Part shown: positions 57,817 to 64,000 of the stretch, one piece after another
Layout: each line of letters begins with the position of its first letter
How positions within the stretch are numbered: the stretch's first letter is position 1
Source of the DNA: Rhynchopus sp. YZ270_cl-10
Lineage: Eukaryota
Direction of reading: 5' to 3'
DNA length: 64,000 nt
NCBI GenBank assembly: GCA_964035575.1
Contig: OZ037837.1
Coordinates: 186,001 to 250,000 of the forward strand
Program-made: the position numbers and the translations under genes
The notes under the pieces: generated by a model
Told to the model about the DNA's origin: nothing
The model's database searches: none
What the model saw: only the letters and a program-made list of their open reading frames with translations

Positions 57817-59696
57817 TGTGTTCGTGTGTTCTTGTGGAAACAGATGTGTTCAGAACAGAAAAGACACCCCCCACCACCCAAAAGCTGTGACTGTGTAGTG
57901 TGTTCTATGTTTTGAAGTCCCAACCCCTCTCGTGACTGACAACCTTTGCACTAGCACAGTGAATGCACACAAAGATGCAGTTCAAAGAGGGTTGCACAAG
58001 AGATGAGGTACGACAATGTGCCCACAACTATGTACCCCAATCGAGACACAAATACATGGTGAAAGATGAATATTACATTCATACAAATCTGCATACACAA
58101 ACAAACTATGATGTGATGCTGGGGTGCGTGTGGTGAGGGAATAGGAAGTCATATAAAGTGTGCGGGTATGTTCGGGTATTATAGGTCAAGAACACGTGGA
58201 GCAGAAGCTGAGAGGTGGCAACGATGGAGGACAAACAAAAAGGGGGATTTCTTAATTCAAGCATCTCTGCCAACAAATGTGTGTACCAGAAACACATTAA
58301 AGAAGCATGGGAAGAACGCTGTTGGTGTGTGAGAGAATTGGTGACAATATAAGAAAGACCTTTCTCCCCTTATTCCATCCTTGAGCGAATCAGAAGCCAG
58401 TGAAAAACTTGGGACCAACCTCATTTCACGCAACCCACGATGTATCTGTTGGTGACACATAAACCATCCTCACGTACGTACACTTAGAGTACTAAAAGAA
58501 GGAGAAGTTGAAAGACGAATACAGTGTAACACCACACATTGCGTGCACCTCTTAGAAGTATGAAGCTACAGCAAAATGACTTTTTACTTCTGATTTTACT
58601 TTGTGCTTGCACCGTTGGGTGCTTTAATGTGAAAAAAAGCCCAAAAATTGCGTAACGCTTGGGGGCCAAAATTTATCGCTTGGAAAGAAATTTCTCCAAT
58701 CAGACAAAACTCCTTCTAAACACCCGAAAATCACCTCAGTCTACATCCGCTGGGGTCCCAGGGTGGAAATGTATGGTTTTGGCACCTTTTAGGGGTCCCA
58801 GACGTATTGATGAGGGACGGAACCACATAAAATGCCCGAATTTACCTCTTTTTTAGCGTGTTTTTTCACCTTAAAAATTCAATCACAGAAGTGTCCAAAC
58901 CCCCTCATAACTACGCGCCAGACCCCTTCCGAAGTGGAAAATCATATTTGCGATCACTTTTTGGGTTATTTTGGCCAAAATAACCCCGTACCTCACTTTT
59001 GCCTCACTTGTCCCAAAATTGCCCACAATACCCTCTGAGAGTATTGCTTTGATTTGAGTCCGGGAGCACAAGCAAAGGGTAATGAAAGGGAAACAATGAA
59101 CATAAAACAAGACAGAAAAGAGACAGGATATATTAACCAATACACACACATTGTTCCAAGCCTTCAATCCGAAAGAGCCCAATCATTTCGGCCTGTATTA
59201 TATCCATACAAACCGTACACGTACCGCTTCGTATGTTTGCATCCACAATGCTAAATGTACACACTCTGCTGATTCTAAAAACGGGGGCGTGGGAAAAACC
59301 ACGAATAGAAAAATAGGGGTAATAATGAAAAGTTGGAAAGCTTCCTCACCCAGATAAACCCCTTGTTTTTTTCCTTCTCGAAACAGTTCTCGAAATAGTT
59401 CAAGACTGAAGTGAGTGAAAAGAAAACCCCAAACCATCCCTCTTGTATTGATATAGTGGGGAGAATGAGCAGAATCGTCTTCGCGAAAACTGAAAGATTT
59501 CCTAAGATATGTCACAAGTGTCATGTCCCCAAAAAACAAATTTATGTTGTACATCGATCGCACACTCAGTCTCTGCACGTCTTGTAAAAAACAATGCTCG
59601 AGCTGCACAAATGCATCAGGAAGCACCTGTTGTGCCCCATACACACAGGAGGATGTAACTGCCAACAGCGAAGTCCAGGTAGTCGGAAGAGCACAA

Positions 59697-61772
59697 CTAA
59701 AACACATTGCTGTGTTCCCTGTTGTCTTGTGCCTCAAGCACCCGGTAACAACCCTTGTGTTGTACAAGAACGTCTTCAAGTGCAGACGGCAGTGTTGTCC
59801 CTTCAGGAGGCTCGTACAGACACACAACCCCGTCACGCACAGCCTCCTCGCACAGCGCCCAACTCCGACGCACAACATCCCCCATCACAGTCACAAAGCG
59901 CTGGCTCCGTGCACCAACATCCCCGTGCTGCACAAGGCCGCTTGCAAGACCAGCTCCGTTCAGTGCAGACTTCACAGACATGCGCTGCGCAAACCGTATC
60001 GCGTTCTCCATGTGTGCAGGTGCAGAACGCGACACGTTCCACCCAACACACACACAGTTCCCAAGCAGCGTCACCAGACTCCCTCCACTCTGCTCCAGTG
60101 CCGTCGTCAGTGTCACGAGTCGTGAGCTCATCTGGTGAAAGGCTATGTTCTTCACCACGTCACCAACTGCAAGCTGTGCAACTCCCAGTGTGCCCGAGGT
60201 CTGACGTGTGGAGACTGCAATATTCTTTGCGGATGAAACAGACGACACATATGTGGATATTGTCATTGTCAGATTCGCAGTTGGTGAAGAAGACTCGCAA
60301 AGTGGTGTTTCCCTTCGTCCCCCAAGTGAGACAGGCCACACACAGCACACCAACGTGTTCCCAGACACACCCTTCAAGTGAACTGCCTCTGGCACACCAG
60401 CAACAGCACTGCACGACCCAGAGACAGACGTCCACAGGTCAGAGGGAACAGCCACAGCACCAGGCGTGCATGTGCTCTCAAGGCGTGATGCAACGTTCAC
60501 TGTGTGTCCGAAGTAGTCTGTCCGTCCCGTCAGTGTGTTCTGCTCCACAGTCACAGGGCCAGTGTTCACACCAATGCGCACAGTCAGACCACCCCACAGC
60601 GACCCCTGACGAGAACAGATGGGTGCATCCTCAAGCAGAGACGCAGGCCAGTCTGCTTCGAAAAGACGTTCCTGCACACGCAACCCAAACGCCACACCGT
60701 CGCAAGTGGATGCAAAGGCAATCATGAATGCGTCGCCAATGGTCTTCACCTCGTACCCACCACACATCCGCATCACATCACGCATCACAGCGTTGTGGAT
60801 CTGCAGTCCAGCACGCATCCCCTCAGGTGTGTTCTCCCAGATCGACGTCGACGCACGGATGTCTGTGAACACAATTGTTGCTGTCTCGCTGTCAAGCCCA
60901 GGCGGTGCCACAGTCGGCTGCTGCACACCGTCCTCATCCACTTCAAACAGCGCAGCAGGGAGGTACAGACGGTACTTCCGCAGGTTCTCCTCCAAGTTCC
61001 GCAGTGCCGCTGTCATCCCCTCAGGCAGGTCACCCTCATGCGCCTTCAGCAGCTCCGCCACCTGCTCCACGTCGTAGCCAGCCAGGAGTGCTGCAATTTC
61101 CTGCACAGCGTTGATCGTCCGCTCCATTGATGTCTGCTCCTTCAGGAGACCACGTGCAAAGCCTCGTGTTGCGATGAAGTCGATGACAAACACACTTGCA
61201 GCAAGGATCTGCCTGTTCAAAGCATTGGTCCTGGTGGGGCAGGGGAGGTCTGTACACTGATATAAGTCATCCCTGTGGGCTGCCCTCTCCTCCTGTGGCA
61301 TGATACCAGGGATGTCGAGGATGCCAAACCTGAACAATTCTTCCGAACCCATGACAACGAAGTACACCACTGCGACACAGACGATGCACATGCTGTGGCG
61401 TGTGGGCACCTCCATCACAAGGAGGAAGTCCACCACAAGCACGAGTACCGGCCATGAAGTGTCCCCAAAAGCACGGGACGTGATGTCAGCACTAAAAGTT
61501 CCAAGAGCGTATACGGAGGCGATGAACACTATTGCGGGTGTGGTGAGCTTGACTTTGCAGAGCACCAGCGCAGTGGCGTATATCGCCGCAGTGATTGCCA
61601 GCACACATGTAGTACAATATAAGTACCTCCCTCGTGGCTCAGACAAGGCTTCGGAAGTGCCAGTCATCATCAACAAGACTGCTGCGTTAAAGATGAAGAA
61701 CAACCTACGCTTGTGTGTGTCCTTCTTACCCAGTGTCCCATCCAGCGACAGCACAGCATCCAGACAGCGCAT
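59697..61772 (-). CDS. ~6TM receptor-type adenylate cyclase
   Basis: 691 aa intact ORF with catalytic motifs. Confidence 0.92.
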   Translation of the reverse strand: MRCLDAVLSLDGTLGKKDTHKRRLFFIFNAAVLLMMTGTSEALSEPRGRYLYCTTCVLAITAAIYATALVLCKVKLTTPAIVFIASVYALGTFSADITSRAFGDTSWPVLVLVVDFLLVMEVPTRHSMCIVCVAVVYFVVMGSEELFRFGILDIPGIMPQEERAAHRDDLYQCTDLPCPTRTNALNRQILAASVFVIDFIATRGFARGLLKEQTSMERTINAVQEIAALLAGYDVEQVAELLKAHEGDLPEGMTAALRNLEENLRKYRLYLPAALFEVDEDGVQQPTVAPPGLDSETATIVFTDIRASTSIWENTPEGMRAGLQIHNAVMRDVMRMCGGYEVKTIGDAFMIAFASTCDGVAFGLRVQERLFEADWPASLLEDAPICSRQGSLWGGLTVRIGVNTGPVTVEQNTLTGRTDYFGHTVNVASRLESTCTPGAVAVPSDLWTSVSGSCSAVAGVPEAVHLKGVSGNTLVCCVWPVSLGGRRETPLCESSSPTANLTMTISTYVSSVSSAKNIAVSTRQTSGTLGVAQLAVGDVVKNIAFHQMSSRLVTLTTALEQSGGSLVTLLGNCVCVGWNVSRSAPAHMENAIRFAQRMSVKSALNGAGLASGLVQHGDVGARSQRFVTVMGDVVRRSWALCEEAVRDGVVCLYEPPEGTTLPSALEDVLVQHKGCYRVLEAQDNREHSNVF

Positions 61773-64000
61773 TGTGTTCCTGTGTTCTTGGCGACACAGA
61801 TGTGTTCAGAACAGAATTCATACAAATCTGCATACACAAACAAACAATGATGTGATGCTGGGGTGCGTGTGGTGAGGGTAGGAAGCCATATAAAGTGTGC
61901 GGGTATGTTCGGTTATTATAGGTCAAGAACACGTGGAGCAGAAGCTGAGAGGTGGCAACAATGGAGGACAAACAAAAAGGGGGATTTCTTAATTCAAGCA
62001 CTTCTGCCAACAAACGTGTGTACCAGAAACACATTAAAGAAGCATGGGAAGAACGCTGTTGGTGTTGAATGAATTGGTGACAATATAAAAAAGAGGCCGA
62101 TGAACCTAAGCCTCTCTGTGCTAGTCCCCTTAACAATACATTAACGCAGACCGTGTGTGACTTATTTTGTCTTTGAAAAATTGGTTGTATTAGCGTAGAC
62201 ACCCGAGGATGAACTTCCACTATAAGATTTTGCTTTGAGAAATGGGAGAAAACTTATAACGACGTTCAAGCCATGAATCTGCTGTTCCGCTTTTGAAACC
62301 CCCACCCCCCCTTTCCCCCGCCTTATCCCATCCTTGAGTGAATCAGAAGCCAGTAAAAATCTTGGGATCAACCCCATTGCACAACGGTGAAACCACAAAA
62401 AAAAAGTCAAAACATTTCCTTCACCGCACACAGAGCACATATCAGTCGCTCCCCCGAAAATGTCAATTTGGTGGACCACCTTTCACTAAATTTCTACTCC
62501 ACTAATCTTCTCGATTTTTTTTGCATTTTATTGCGCGGACTCCGGAAACGACGAACAGCGCATTTTCCAGCTCCGGAAAAATAGGCTGATATCCTGGTAT
62601 TTTGGAGAGATTTTCGGCAAAAACCGTTTTTTGGGATTTGACTAAATTTGATTTTTTCAAAAGTTCAAAATTCTTGCTCCAATGGAATCAGCGGGCAAAT
62701 TTAAGCCCAAAGGGGGGTATGTAATTTGACCGGTTCTGACCGGTAACTCAACCAGTGTGTTGTCAAAAATTCCCGAAAAAATCGGGTATTTTTGTGTACA
62801 AATAGTACCCGGTCAAATTAGGGTATGTAATTTGACCGGCACCCCATTTTGACCGGCATTTTGACGGGTACTATTTATACACAAAAAACACGGGTTGCCT
62901 ACGACGCTTCTAAGGTGCTCGCTCTCCATACCTAGACCCTCGAATTTTTTTTTTTTGCCCCTATATTGGGCTAATTTCGACGATTTGAGGCCATTAAAAG
63001 CAAAATGTGGCACTTTTGAGCATCTAGGGGGGTCTAAAACGCGGTTCCGCGAACCCAAAATTTCGTGATTTTTACCAAAAACAAGTCGATTTTTGAAAAA
63101 ATCTTTTATTGTTCACTTTGTCAAAATCTCTTTGTTTTTCTCTTTGTCTATTTTTCCTGCATTTTTTATTCTCTTCTTTGTACTTTCTTTTGTTTTGGTT
63201 GTTGTTAGATAAGCTCAATCGCCTATCGAGTTCTGTGAATAGCACGGAACTCCTTTTCATGTGTATCCATGGAAATCAGTATCATATGTGATACCGGGGT
63301 CAAAAAAAAAAAAACCCAAAAATTTTTTTTCACAAGTGTTTTTGAGGCCTGCTCACTACACCCTAGGTCCCCTTCTGGGACCAAAAAGTCAAAAAAAGCA
63401 AGAATTGGGCTGTTTTGAGCATCTAGAGTTAATTCCCCAGTCATTTTCTGTACCACCAGTGCATTTTGTATGGGCCAGCGCCTTGTCAAAAAATCAAAAA
63501 ATCTCAAAAAAAAAAAATTTTTTTTTTCGGGAAAATTTCGACCCCTGAGTTGGGTTTTTGGGCACCAAAAAGTGCAAAAAAACGCAAAAATCGGGTGTTT
63601 TGACGATCTGGGTGTAAACCATATGCATTATGCACCTTATGCATTACTACAGGGGCCCACATTTCGTGTACAAAAACACGCATATTACACATTTCCTTAG
63701 CAATTCTTTTCACAAGTACGGAGTTTGACCTGACAAAATTTTGTTTTATCGCCCAAAATCGGGCGTGGTAGGTCATAAAATGGCCCAAAGAATCCAAAGA
63801 AAACCTCAGAAATAGATGTTCGCGAAAAAATTTCGCAAGTCAAAATTCAGCCGCAATACCCTGTGACTGTAGTGGCTAGAGAACACGCACATGCAGACCC
63901 GTTCCTTGCAATTTCCAGTGTTGTGTTTATCAATGCATGCATCCAGAGGACCCCTGGTTTACGAAATCGTAAGCACTCCTGTGCAAAAATGAAGTCGGTT

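Noticed and set aside
263..61130. Recurrent plus-strand ORFs (MGASSSRDAG.., MQLPVCPRS.., etc.)
   Set aside because: Antisense shadows of the duplicated cyclase cassette
62600..63850. Possible DNA transposon (repeated GGGTATGTAATTTGACCGG, A/T tracts)
   Set aside because: Could not define matching termini or a TSD

Overview
Eukaryotic protist DNA, most likely a euglenozoan such as a diplonemid. This is inferred from intronless genes all on one strand, receptor adenylate cyclases, and a gag-YR-RT-RH retroelement. All credible genes are on the minus strand. The window is dominated by a cyclase-receptor array of nine genes in three architectures: (i) two signal peptide + solute-binding ectodomain + 1TM cyclases; (ii) five ~6TM cyclases, one cut by the window edge and one frameshifted near its 3' end; (iii) two 2TM-ectodomain-HAMP proteins with only a degenerate cyclase domain. 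Types i and ii share a near-identical ~1.2 kb cytosolic cassette (active class III AC domain + pseudo-cyclase domain) behind unrelated, diversified sensor modules. Other genes are a coiled-coil protein, a Ubl-WD40-CaaX protein, a frameshifted Ubl-BspA-LRR gene and a small membrane protein. Intergenic DNA holds three relics of a tyrosine-recombinase retrotransposon with split direct repeats and a conserved in-frame UGA between gag and YR (candidate readthrough). It also holds a nest of non-autonomous TIR elements with 8-bp and 6-bp target duplications, minisatellites and several dispersed repeats. All domain calls are by eye; no database search was run.
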